Positions 39,286 to 52,471 of a DNA stretch of 64,000 nucleotides are shown here, piece by piece (positions within the stretch are counted from its first letter, which is position 1; the number at the start of each line of letters is the position of its first letter). The notes under the pieces are model-generated. The model saw only the letters and a program-made list of their open reading frames with translations. It did no database searches and had not been told where the DNA came from. Both the position numbers and the translations under genes were made by a program. The stretch is from Octopus vulgaris (lineage: Eukaryota): contig OX597826.1 in assembly GCA_951406725.2 (NCBI GenBank), forward strand, positions 72,478,001 through 72,542,000, given 5' to 3'.

Positions 39286-39734
39286 TAATAATAATAAAAA
39301 TAATTATTATTATAATTTTTCACAATGCACAAATCTAATTTTTTTTTGTGGGGGTGGCTGCAGTGTAGTCAACTGAATTAACCTCAGTGTATAACTGGTA
39401 CTTGGTACTTATGCTATGAACCCTCAAGGGTTGAAAGGTAAATAAAGTCATCCCCAATAGGATCTGAACTTAAAATTGAGGGGCGGGGAATGAAAGCATT
39501 TAGTCAGGTGCTGCTCAGTTTCAGCTGTTAAGACAAAGTAAGTATAATGTATTTCGATCTAGGGTTGGTTAAAAAAAAGCACAAAGAATATCACAAGTCT
39601 AGACTACTGATGGGACACCAAAAAAAAAACGTAATAATGATAATAATAGTAGTAGTGGTAATAATAACGATTACAACAACAAGTCATGCAAAAAAAAAAA
39701 AAAAAGAAAAAAGGTAATGAAATAAAATGGTAAC

Positions 39735-39767
39735 CTGCGAAGAGGAGTAGAATCCGAGAGGACTGCT
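39735..39767 (-). CDS. Candidate 33-nt exon (AVLSDSTPLR in phase 2)
   Basis: GCTAA branch-like motif, long pyrimidine tract ending ttttttcag, donor CAG|gttacc; GC-rich against its flanks. Confidence 0.5.
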
Positions 39768-40394
39768 CTGAAAAAAAGATAAATTGAGAAAAAAAGGGTT
39801 TAGCTTTTAGGGGTTACAATACTTTGGTGGGCTGCTGGGAGTGAAAGGATAAAGTTCAGGTAAAGAAGTCCAACTGAAAGTGAGAAAGAAAAGGTGTAGA
39901 ACTATTATATATCATGTTCATATAACATGAAAGAAGCAGAGTAAGAATAAGGATCTCTGTAATAGATGTGAACTTGTGTGTTGAAACATATTTCGTTAAA
40001 CCGTGGGAGGGTCATTACACCAATAATAAATACACACACACACTGGTTATATTGCACTTCTTTATTCTAATTTGTCCATTGGTTAACCATTTAACCAATT
40101 AATAAACAAAACCAAAGAAGTAAAATAGAACTAGTGCATGTGTTTGTTATTGGCAAAACAATGTTGAGTAATGTTACTGAAGACCCTTTGAAATAAAAAT
40201 AGATAAATATAAAAACAATCTTTCTTTTACCAATAGGGATATGCATCATTCAATATAAAAGGTCAACCAAACTTTTTGGCAGAATTCAACCTCATCTTTG
40301 TGAACCACTGAAGATCACAGCTTGCTAGCTTTTAATACCATTATCTCCATTTCCATTGTGAACTTGGGTCAGACAAAACCATTTTTTTCATTTT

Positions 40395-40652
40395 CATCTA
40401 GTTTCAGCTCATGAGTTGTGGCCATGCTGGGGCACTGCCATTTGGTGTTGCTACATAATTTTACTTCACGAATGCTTTTCAGCTATTGACATTTGGTGCA
40501 TGAGAGAGTTTGATGCAGCTGCCCTCATCTGCACTTCCTGCCACGAAGTTGGTTCATCTAGGACACCTGACAGGAAGAGGTTCAGATTTATTTTGAAGAC
40601 ACCTACATCCACCCCATGCAGGTCTCTCAGGTCCTTCGGGAGATTATTGATG
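40395..40652 (-). mobile_element. CR1/L2-group LINE 3' end
   Basis: NNLPKDLRDLHGVDVGVFKINLNLFLSGVLDEP..RAAASNSL; 3' tail GTGCCCCAGCATGGCCAC; tail-only copy at 23890-23938. Confidence 0.7.
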
Positions 40653-42594
40653 ACATACTTACCTTAAATAGACATTATTCAACTGAAGGTATATTATTGT
40701 ATGTTTTGTTGTATGACACATATTTTCAGAAACTGTGGTCAGTTATAGTAACCCCAGGATTTCACTGATACTTAGTGAAGCACCAGTGAAACAATGGATT
40801 CTAGGATGATGAGATGTAAATGTTGACTTTGATAGGATTTGAACTTGGGATGTAAAGAGATATAACTAAATATTCCAGTGCTCTACTAATTCTGTCATCC
40901 ACCACAATAATAAGAATAAAAACTCTCTGTTTTACTACATGCCCAGATATATTTGCAATATTAAAAAAAGAAAAAAATAACTGGGGTTAATTATACTGAT
41001 CCCAGATCAAAATAAGATTCAGTAAGATTTGCAGGGTGGGTCAGCAAAAAAGACACCCACCTCATAAATAATTTCGTATTTGGAAAGTAGACAGGAATTA
41101 GTCAGAGACAATAAAAATTATGTGAGGTTCATGCTTCCCTCAGGGGGGAAGTCTGGTGAATAAGTTGAGTGAGTCAGCATAAAATAGGAATGAAAACTGG
41201 TTTCAGGACACTGACTTTGTAAATAGAAGATCATCATCATCATCATCATTGTCGTTTAACGTCCGCTTTCCATGCTAGCATGGGTTGGACAATTTGATTG
41301 AGGACTGGTGAACCAGATGGCTGCACCAGGCTCCAATCTTGATCTAGCAGAGTTTTTACAGCTGGATGCCCTTCCTAATGCCAACCACTCTGAGAGTGTA
41401 GTGGGTGCTTTTACGTGCCACCGGCACGAGGGCCAGTTAGGCGGTACTGGCAACAGCCATGAAAAAATCATGTTTTTTAAATTTTCTTTTTAATTTAAAA
41501 TATATATATATATATCATCATCATCATCATCGTTTAGCGTCCGCTTTCCATGCTAGCATGGGTTGGACGGGTCAACTGGGGTCTGTGAAGCTGGAAGGCT
41601 TTGTCAGGCCCAGTCAGATCTGGCAGTGTTTCTACGGCTGGATGCCCTTCCTAACGCCAACCACTCCGCGAGTGTAGTGGGTGTTTTTTACGTGCCACCT
41701 GCACAGGTGCCAGACAGAGCTGGCGAACGGCCACGAACGGATGGTGCTTTTATGTGTCACCGGCACGGGGCCAGGTGATGCTGGCAACGGACACGAACAG
41801 ATGGTGCTTTTACGTATATATATATATATACAATTTGGCAGTGCAAGACCAGACTGAAATATTGCTCCGAATCTTTGTTTTCATCCAGATCAGTTCTGGA
41901 TACTAATAACCAAAATTGTATCTCCTTTAAGGCATTGCATATCCAGGACAAAACTATCCGAGGTGTTTATCTTTAATCCTTTACTTGTTCCAGTCATTAG
42001 ACTGCGGCCATGCTGGGGCACTGAAGAATTTTTAGCTGAATGAACTGACCCCGGTACTTATTTTTTTGTTAAGCTTTGTACTTAGTCTATCAGTGTCTTT
42101 AGCCAAACTGCTAAGTTATGGGTACGTAGACAACCCAACGCTGGTTGTCAAGTGGTGGTGGGCGACAAACACAAAGACACACACACACATGACTGGATTC
42201 TTTCAGTTTCCCTTTACTAAAATCCAGCCAAAAGGCTTTAGTCAGCCTGAGGCTGTAACAGAAAACACTTGCTTAAGGTGCCACACCATGGGACTGAACT
42301 TGGAACCATGTGGTTGGGAAGCAAACTTCTTACCCCACAGCCATGCCTAACAGATGATCAGATAACTTTGATGATCAGTGTTGTCAGTGTGTTATAGGTA
42401 TGAACTGTGTAATTAATACCTGTGTTGTAGATCACCTTGTGAAGGGGTTAGTGGAGTCACACAACAAAAGTGAGGCTAATTACAAAGTAATCAATGAACT
42501 TATTGGAAAATAAATGTTCCTTGATAAAAAAAATCAATGTTGTGTGTGGTGGGTGTCATAATTGGATCAAAGGTTACTTCAACATCATCAGCCC

Positions 42595-42960
42595 TATCAC
42601 CAAATATATCCTTCTAATGACTGACAAATACTTCCAGCCATCCACCTTTGCCCACTATTCTTGTGAGGGTTGTGGGGTTAGAATCCTTAGGCATCTTCTC
42701 CATACAGCCCTATTGGATGCAACTGTCATTACATTTTCTGGCTCGATTCTCAAGTGTGACCAATTGAGACTATGGGTGTTGTTCTTGGTTTATCCCTACA
42801 TTTCCTGCCAGTTGGCTTGGCTTGAAGAATCCATCTTGCAATTGTTTCCTGTGGCATTCTGATCACATGTTTGCAGTTATGAAGCTGACCCCTCTCAATG
42901 CAGAGAAGAAGCAGCACAAACTGGAGAGGCTCCCTGATTTCTGAGCTACATACCCTTTCA
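42595..42960 (-). mobile_element. RTE LINE 3' remnant
   Basis: HVIRMPQETIARWILQAKPTGRKCRDKPRT resembles the RTE GHVxRM...GxRxRGRP motif. Confidence 0.7.
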
Positions 42961-45032
42961 AGTAATGTTTCTTGAGAAATCCTTTGAAATAAAAAGAAAT
43001 AGAATATAATAATGAAAAAATAAAACCTTTCTTTTACCAATAGGGAAACGCATCATTGGACTATTTCTGAATTCCAATACAGAAGGTCAACCAAAATTTT
43101 GGCAGAATTCAACCTCATCTTTGTGAACCACTGAATACCCTCCACCTTGCTAAGTTTCAATTTCCTTATCACCATTTCTATTGTGAAATTAGTCAGACAA
43201 AACCATATTTATTTACCTCAAATAGACATTATTTTACTGTAGACATGTTATTAACTGTGTTTGTTGTATCTTGAGAGGGTCATTATGCCAATCATAAACA
43301 CATGCATTGGTTCTATTTCACTTCTTTACTTTCATTTGCTAATTAGTTAAATGGTTGACCAACTGACAAATTGAAATAAAGAAGTGAAATAGAGCCAGTG
43401 TGTGTTTATTATTGGCATAATGACCCTCCTAAAGTACAACAAAATGTGTTTCAACACACAAGTTCACATTAAAAATCTTGTAAACCAAATATGAAAATGA
43501 AATATTGTATATACTATTTCCTTAGAGTTAATCTTGGAAAATAAGTTGAATAAGAATGGGAACCATGTGGATATTGAAACCAATAGTATTATATATACAT
43601 ACATACAAATATATATAATACTGTTGGATTTTATATATATCGTTATATATTCATCCACTATATAAAAATGGCTGAGAAAGCTTGCAAAAGGACAGTATAT
43701 TCCACCTGGATTAATATTGGCTATCTTTGGCAGATATCTCTAAACATTTGATGAGAAGACAATCATGGAAGGATATTGACAATGAAAAGAAAGCCAATTA
43801 CAAAAGATATTTTTGGTCAAATTACACGTATTTGTGTACATACATATACATATGTGTGTGTATATAAATATATAGAGATTTAATATAAATATAGTCTTCA
43901 ATATTATTCTGCTACAATGCATGAGCGTAATGCTTTAAACAAATGTTTTCTTAATGATGGAACAAAATTGAAGACATCTTTTATGCACACAACATCTATA
44001 TTATCCATGAGACAACTGACCGATAAAATAAGGAGCAAATTAGGAAACAACCTATTATATGCACGACATTTATTCATAAGATGATTAATTGATAAACTAT
44101 GGAATGACAATGGCGATCTGTTATTGGCATAACATTTGTAGCATATAATATACTGGGTTAAAATCCCCTTGGATATGAAGAAATAAAAAAATCCAGAGAA
44201 AAGAAAAAAGGCAGCAAGTTGCTGGCAGGATGTGAGCTACATATCTTCTGTGGGTAACAGAAGATGTGTGGTTCAATTCCCGTGGACAGCTTTCCTCTAC
44301 TTGTCCATCCAAAGGGTTTAATTCACTGTACTATAAGCTATTATATAGCTGAATTTGCCTCAAGACGTATCATTAATAAAGACTTATTTACATATTGCTC
44401 GATGCTGCTACATTTGTGTTCTAAATGTAATAAAATATTCTGAGTGGTAAAATTAAAGCATTTAATTTAATGGAAGAAAAATGGGAGGCTGTTTTAGGGT
44501 AATTGGTATCATGTCTGTCCAATCATATAGCCAGAGTAGGGCAGCTGGCACCCTTTGAGGCTTGTACAGCAGACTCAAAGGTACTGCCCCCATAAAAGCA
44601 TCGTCTGGGGTAGATTGCACCCTCTCCATTGCCTCCACTCCCTGGCTATGCTACTGTGTCTGTCTGTGTTACAAAAGATGTGGGGTCTGAGGCTGGCAGG
44701 CAGCTTTCTCCATATTTCCCATCCAAGGAGCTTTTAACCACATGTATTATAAGCTATTATTTATAGCTACATTTATATTAACATATATTTTTGGATATAT
44801 TAATTTGAAAGATATTTTCTGTATATGTCATTACAACAGAAACAACTGTTGGCTTTGTATGGTGAATTCAACAATTAAAGATGTGTTTATATATATATTT
44901 ATAAATTAGAAAAAAAAACACCTTTTATCAATTCAACAATGAAAAACTAAATTATACCATTTAGAAAAATTACATATTATAGAAAGAATTTTTCCCTGTA
45001 AGTTTGGAATAATATTCCCTCATATTATTATT

Positions 45033-45065
<33 letters not shown>

Positions 45066-46065
45066 ATGAAATGTTACAGTAAAATATGTAAAAACCTGTT
45101 AAAACATTACCAACATAATCATGCTGTAGCAGAATAACATTGTAGATAATGTCTTTGAATTTGTTCCATAGTAAAGAATGCTTAAAGTTATTTGCTGTAT
45201 ACATTATTTTACAACACATTTTCAATAATTTTAATACCAATGAAAATGCAAAGAGAGGTGAACCAGTATTTCTTCATAGACAATTGTACAGAGTTCTTTT
45301 TAGAGTACATTCAATTCTTGATGCAAATATAAAAATAAGATAATAATTCCCAAAGTAATAATGATAAAATACATAACAAATTAGAATTTTCAGAGATGTT
45401 CTCCCTTCACATTACAGCATCACAAAAATCAAAAACGATTCAGAAAAAAACCTATTTTCAAATGAAATTATGTATTTCATGGCACCTTCATAAGGTTTCA
45501 AAAAATTTTATAGATTTCAAATAATTGTAGAATTTCCAAGAGTACTGCTAGTTTTTACAAGAAAAATACCCAACATTGTCTGAGGAATAAAGCATGCAGA
45601 GGAGGAAACATGGAGGCATAATCTATTGTAAATACATTTATGTTATTTGTAAGACTGATAGATTTTTTTTTAGAAATCACAGATCAGTTGAGCAGCTCAC
45701 TGATAAGAAAATATACACGTAGCACAGTATATTAATATTTGTTACAGTGTTACCAACATATTCAAAACTGTAGACAGAACTTTAAACAGATTATGTCTTT
45801 GATTTTGTTCCATAGATAATATTTACTTCTTGACCTAAAGATATAAATAACGGATAACATCTCAAGGACAAAGACAGGAAAAGTGTACAAACAAGAATAT
45901 AGCTTTCAAAGATGTTCTCTCCTGAGACTGCACCTTCAGTAATAAATACATAATACATAAACGCTACATCATCTCAAGAATTATATGCTTCATAAAATAA
46001 ACAATCTCAAAATAAATTATGTATTTCCTAATTCTCTTTCATAGGAGACAACAAATATAATACGC

Positions 46066-46110
<45 letters not shown>

Positions 46111-46292
46111 GATGACAAGCTTCATCAGCAAAGGCTGGATATGGGTTTCTGCATTTGAAAAGTTTTTTTGTTTAATAAGCAAAATCTTTTTATGGGTAAC
46201 AAGCAGCTGTACATGCATGGAAGAAGCTTTTTGATCATGTCTGAAGTAAAAGCAAGGCTGATACAGCATGGTACCATGAACAAAAACTTGAA

Positions 46293-46331
<39 letters not shown>

Positions 46332-48999
46332 GCCATGCAAGAGCCAAAAATGACCTTATGGAGGACAAGAAGGATACTGCGTTGATTGGAGAGGGAATCT
46401 GTGATGGATACATCAAACATCAATACTAGAAGGAAAATGTACACCAATAGGATTCCAATATCTAAAATTGAACTGCCAAAAAGGATGTGAGATCCTTCTT
46501 GTTTGGTAAAAACTAAAGATGCCCATAAGCAATTTCGAAAGTACTGAGTACCAGCTTCTCACCCTTTTGTGATGGGTTGCTTTTGATTGTTTCACTAAAG
46601 TTTTAACTTGTTTGAGTTATATTCTATTGTTTTTCCTGCACTGTTTTAGTACATAAACGTATATCTCAACATGACTTTCAAACCACTTTTATGATACAAG
46701 ATGTATTCTATTATTATAATTATTATCATTATTATCTACTGAAAGTGGATTATACATTTTTATCACTTCATGGAACTGATAAACTTGTTGCTGATATTGC
46801 TCCTTTAAAGTATTGATTTCTCCTTAAAAGTGCTCTATCTTGTTACAAGTCCAGTGCACTGGCTAATTGTTCTGGTTCCTACTGAGGTGACATTTTACTA
46901 AAGTTTCAAAAATTCTTTTTCAGAAAACATCCAGTTTAACACAGCATCCTTTTTTTCTCTTTGTGGCATACAAGATGGCCATGAAAGAGCAAAGAATAAC
47001 AAAATTGGATGGAAAATTCGTCAATTCCTCTTCAGTTAAACAACAGAGAGGAGAAGAAAAAACCATGGAAACCTGCCTGCTTCCACAGCAGTAATCTGTG
47101 ACAATAGCAGCAACATGAAAATGGCTAAGCTTCCACTACTGTCATCAGTGACACCTGCTCTAGATATGCTGGAGAGAGTGTGGGCAATGATGACAATCAA
47201 GAGTTAAGGAGGCATTTTAGCATCATCAATAGATGAAACACTAAAACACTAACAATAGCAACAACAATACTTCCACTGTAAACAATACCAGCACCAAGAA
47301 CATGCCAATGACACTTGAAAATCTCTCAAAAAGTGATCATTTGTGCATATAACAGGTTCTTGAAAAGAACACCCTAGGAAATTAAAAACCAAGTGCTGGA
47401 AGGAATATTGTGAGACTGAGGGGACACTGGAGGAGGAGAGGAGAAAGATGACTTGCATGTGTGTCTCCAAGAAACTTTGTAAAGGGCAGTATTTTATACT
47501 GGCATAAGGTAAAAGTACCTCAAAGAGGTACATGACATCATATGGACCATGAAAAAAGACACTACAATGTAGTGCAGTTCCCATGCCAAAGAGAAGAGGA
47601 GATGAAGAAAATTTCCAGTCACATGTACAATGGATGAATTTTGTCTGTTCCCAATGTACCGAGGTGGATGAACATCCAGGATTACACAACTGGAAGTGTT
47701 ACTAGAGCTGGTTCAGTTGGTGATGATGGTGGAGGAGCATGGAAGAGTGGCCCCTACCAGATCGACCTTTTAGGTGAATTGGTCAAGGGTCCTTAACCTC
47801 ATTGGCTTCAAGAGTGGCATGGAGGACAGGGAACCCACCCAATTGTGAATACTATGGTAACTTCTTGAGGGCCTTCTGCCCTGAAGTGGAGAAAAATGTG
47901 TGATCCCTCCCCTCACTTTTGCAGCCAGCACCTGTAACACAAACACAGCAACCACAACAGTGGAAATAACATCAGCACAACCATTTCAAACAACAACAAC
48001 CATCACCACAGCAACAACCTTTAGCTTCAGGCCATACCAATGTCACTTCAACCAAAAAGTCACTGAACAACACCCACCCAAAAATAGACAGAGAATACTG
48101 ACAAAATATAAAGCAAAAACCATACAGAAGTATGTATACATGCTGCTGTTCTTCTCCTTCTTTGACATTTGGTTAATAAACAAGGAGATGAGAAAGGGAG
48201 CATGGGAAAAAAATCACAGAGGAAGATGTAAAACAGCAACACTGGTACAATGATGAAGGCTTGAGATATTGACCATCCACCACTACTACCACCACCACAC
48301 TGCCAGAACAAAAACAGCAATAAAAACAAAACTCACAGTGCAACAACCACCACAGCAAAATCAACTGAAGAAATGACAATAGTGAAACCCAGAAAATGGA
48401 AAACTGGTAGAGTCAGAACATTGCATAGAATCCCTTGTAATATTTGTTCCAGCTCTCTACATTCTGAGTTCAAGTCCTGCTGAGGTCACTTTTGTATTTC
48501 ATGGTTTTGGGGGGTCAGTAAAAATAATCACCAATTTAGGGCAATAGTTGGTGGGCCTGTTTGAGTGTTACGTGAGACACCTTGTAATATCTGTTCCGGC
48601 TCTTGCATATTGACAACAACACTCATGACAGCACTGGAGCCAAGCTGCATCGGCCCAAGTTGATGGCCTTTCCTTGGATAAACATTGATGTTGTGAAGTG
48701 GGGGAGACTTGCAATGCGTGGGCATTTTCCAGTATTCCTCAAATATAAAAAAAAGGTGCCCAAGTTTGCATGTACATGCATAGATGCATGGTCAATCCTG
48801 ACCAATGAAGGTACTATATAAACCCACAATCACATCAGCAAAAGTAACAACAGTCAAACAAATAGGCAAAACAACAACCATCACTGCAAAAATATCAAAT
48901 GAAGCAATAAAACTGACAACTGCAGCAACATCCTCATCCAAACATATGAAAATCACTCTTCCTCAACTATACTGTTGTAAATAGGAACAACAAGTTTAT

Positions 49000-51400
49000 G
49001 AAAAGCACAAGAAAGCAGAGAAGGAAGACTTTAAGGGAGTTCATCTCCCAAAAATGTTGGAATAGACTTTTGCTGTAAACATCATCAGAAGTCTATATGA
49101 TACAGGAATTATCTGAGAGAGAGAGAGAGTGGACAAGACCTATTTGCATGAGCTTTTCAGAAACCATATTGCACCACTAACAGTATGCAATGAGCAGCTG
49201 GCAACATTGCAAATATAAGGCACCTAATCTTGGTCTGCACTCATGAGAAAAGACAATGCGCTGAAGGACATATCTTCCAAATGGTACCTCTGCAAGTTAT
49301 GCAGTCTCTGAGCGTGTGTGCACATTATTGATCGAGGCACTGAAAGATATCCCCTAGACTAGGGGTTAGCAGCAAATAGACTTCTTCACTTGTGGAATCC
49401 ATCTCATTCACAATTACATTTTATCTGGAACATATAGGTGTGATGGTCAGGCATACCAACAGAGCAATGTGGACATTTTCCACTTCTGCTCAAACTTTCA
49501 GGCACGGCTTCCTTTCATTTCATTTCTGAATCAGACGGCTACCCTTCTTGTGACCTCTTCTCAGTTTTTATCCACTTGGAAAGCTGTAGTAAACCAGCCC
49601 TTGAGCACCTTAGAAGAACCCATCTCCAATGTTCTTGCTAATCTAAGCACCAAACTGCACACCCATTGCCATATCCCAGTTAATGCATGTCCATGATATC
49701 ACGAGGTACTTTTCGAGGATGGTGTGAACTACACTGATTTCCAATGAATACAATACCATCGTATCCACCCCTGCTATCAGCTACTCATTGAATCTCAAAG
49801 TGCGTCTATGATCATACCAATCTCTCACTAACACTGATAGGTGAGATGTTCTTAGGAAAGTTTCTAGATACTTGAAGAAGTCTGGCCATCTGACTTCTTC
49901 AGGAACTTGGAAAGGGCATAAATAGCCACTAACTTCAACTGCTACAAACATTTAAAATCCCTTTTTTACTATTTGGGTCTAGAAAGATCATCCTTAGCTG
50001 AAGATTTCCATCGTTATGGGACAACATTGCCATCCAATTTGATCTATAAAAACAGGGTGTAAAGCTCATAGACATTTAGAAGGAATGAGAGGACTTATGG
50101 CTCAGAAACTCCGGTTTCACTTGTGGCTATAACATCAATATTTAATGACCTATGGTCACTCAGCAGGTGACCTGGTTTCCAAACAACCCATAGGTGACCC
50201 ATGTTCACACATTCCACTCGCAATGTTGCTTTAGCAGAAGATGAGAGAAGTCCACTTACCTTATGGTTTGTGTTGGGGTGCATTGAGCATTTGAGGTTCA
50301 TTAAAATATACCTCTAGCATTTTGAAGGTTGGGGTTCTTTTGAACATTGCTATATCCATTGCAAATTTTTCCTTCATAATTTCATATGCTCCTGATGGTG
50401 GGTTTTCATCAGAAGCATGTCCTTTGCAGTTTTTAAAAGGAATATTTCTATCCCATTCCCCCTGTTTCTACTTTTATTAAGTCTTCTATATAATATGAGC
50501 TCCATCAACACTTTGTTCGTACAAACAGAAATGAAGTTGAGGAGTGGTTGTTGTTTTTGATGGTGTGCTTTTGCTGTTCTTTTTTGTGTTGTTACCATCA
50601 GCAGGCAGATTTGTCATATTCACATCCTTCTTTGTGAATTAAGGTCTGCCATCCTTTCAAGTGCTGGAGAATTTTCTCTACTTAGGGAAATTTTCTGATT
50701 CAACTTTGTCAGATGGGAGGTTTTGAAAAATGCAAAAAAAAAAACAAAAAAACCGAAAGCAATGGCATTTTTATGGGAATTTCATACTAATTTGTTGTTT
50801 GAGAAAGGATATTTCTCAGCCACAGCTGTGGGAGCCACAAAGGAGATTGTGTTTTCACCTGTTTGTTTTTGTTGATTTTGCTGTTGTTGCTGTGGAGTTG
50901 TTACCGATGTTGGTAGCAGCACCATTTTGTTTTGTAGCTGCTGCTTTACAATGGCAAAAAGGTTTAAGATGCTTAGAAGTATCACAATTAAAGCACCTTG
51001 GCTCTCTGCCAGCTACAACTATTACCATCATGTTTTGTATACTTTCAACATGGAAAAGGTCTGGAAAATTTAAACTCCCCAGTTGAATTTCCAGGCATTT
51101 CTCATGGGAAGAAAACCAATTGTCTATTACTCCTCATGTTATTCTACTATCACCACTAAAATCCATTGCTCAAAGTTTGGTGGCACATTATTTGGTAGAA
51201 CAATGACTTGTACGAGCAGGAACTGGATAAAATTCCTTAAAGACATGGGTTAGTAGAATACTTCTCTACTCCTTTCTTACTTTGGAACAAATCTTCCATG
51301 GAGCAATAATGTTTCCCTTTTCTGATTACCAAATGGCACCGGCAGACTTTTCAGGCACTTTTCTGCCAGCACGGAAGAAGAGTTTTGTATCATTCTTGCT
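49000..51400 (-). mobile_element. Highly decayed L1/Tx1-like LINE (APE endonuclease and possible ORF1)
   Basis: LRVECVNMGHL...RSLNIDVIATSET resembles the APE N-terminus (NVxGL..DxxxxxET); remainder weak. Confidence 0.4.
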
Positions 51401-52408
51401 TTGTTCCTTTTCGTTTATCAATACTCAAGTGACTGTATTGCTCAGGGAATGATTAAGTTAATCGTTTGGAAGCACTATAGCCAATTTAATCGATCTACAT
51501 ACTTGGCTAGTACTTTATTTTATCAACCTTCCCACAGAATGATGAAAGCTTCAAGTGGATACTGGTAGAATATGAACTCAGAACATAAAGAGAAGAGACT
51601 GAATACTGCAAAATATTTGGTCTGATGTTCTATTGATTCTGATAGACAAATTTATTTTCTGTTGGAAAAATAACAGTAAAATTGGGAATTTGAAGAAACT
51701 GATGATGGTCTACAAAGAGAAAAAAATTTTTGATAGAAGAATTCATAAAAGAATTTGGTAAGCTCATTTTCTGCAAGGAATGAAGATTCTAAGCTTTGCT
51801 CTCCATGAATTCAACATATCAAACCCTTCCACACCTCACAAAAAGACATTAAATAATTAACCGATTTATTGCCAGTAATTATTTTAAGATTGTATGAAAT
51901 AGCTGATACTTTTAATGAAGTCTATTAAAACTTCATCCTCTGGCAGGAGAAAATCTGCCTTAGCTCAGAAGCTTCAGCTACAGTTAGTAAACGCCCGGAG
52001 AGAATTAACAGAATTTTATTTACCCAGAATCCAAATAGCTAATTTTCAGTGAGTAAGCGAATAATTGTGGCAAGAGATTTTCAAAATTAGTGAGGAAGAG
52101 GATAGTTGATAAAATTGCCAATTCAGTATGTCACTGGGGCATATTTAGAAATAAATAGAAAAAAGAAGGGCAAAGTCAACCTCAGCAGGATTTGAATTCA
52201 GAATATAAAGGGAGCAAATACAGCAAAATATTTTGTTTGTTATCTGATTAAAAATTTAATAATTAACTTTGAAAAATACACAAACAAGTTTTAAAAAAAC
52301 CCATATATACACATAAATATAAATGTATATATATATGTTCACATTGCAATTACACAATGTTGTAATGTCTAATATTACATATATCTCACATATATAATAC
52401 CTGTAATA

Positions 52409-52465
<57 letters not shown>

Positions 52466-52471
52466 TACATA

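Noticed and set aside
43904-44170. ~88-codon open frame after a pyrimidine tract on the minus strand
   Set aside because: No recognisable motif, overlaps locally repeated sequence, and its stop would interrupt the exon chain.
50255-50301. Strong gtaagt donor on the minus strand
   Set aside because: Lies at the start of a LINE endonuclease remnant with no matching acceptor; the donor at ~40657 is likewise inside a repeat.
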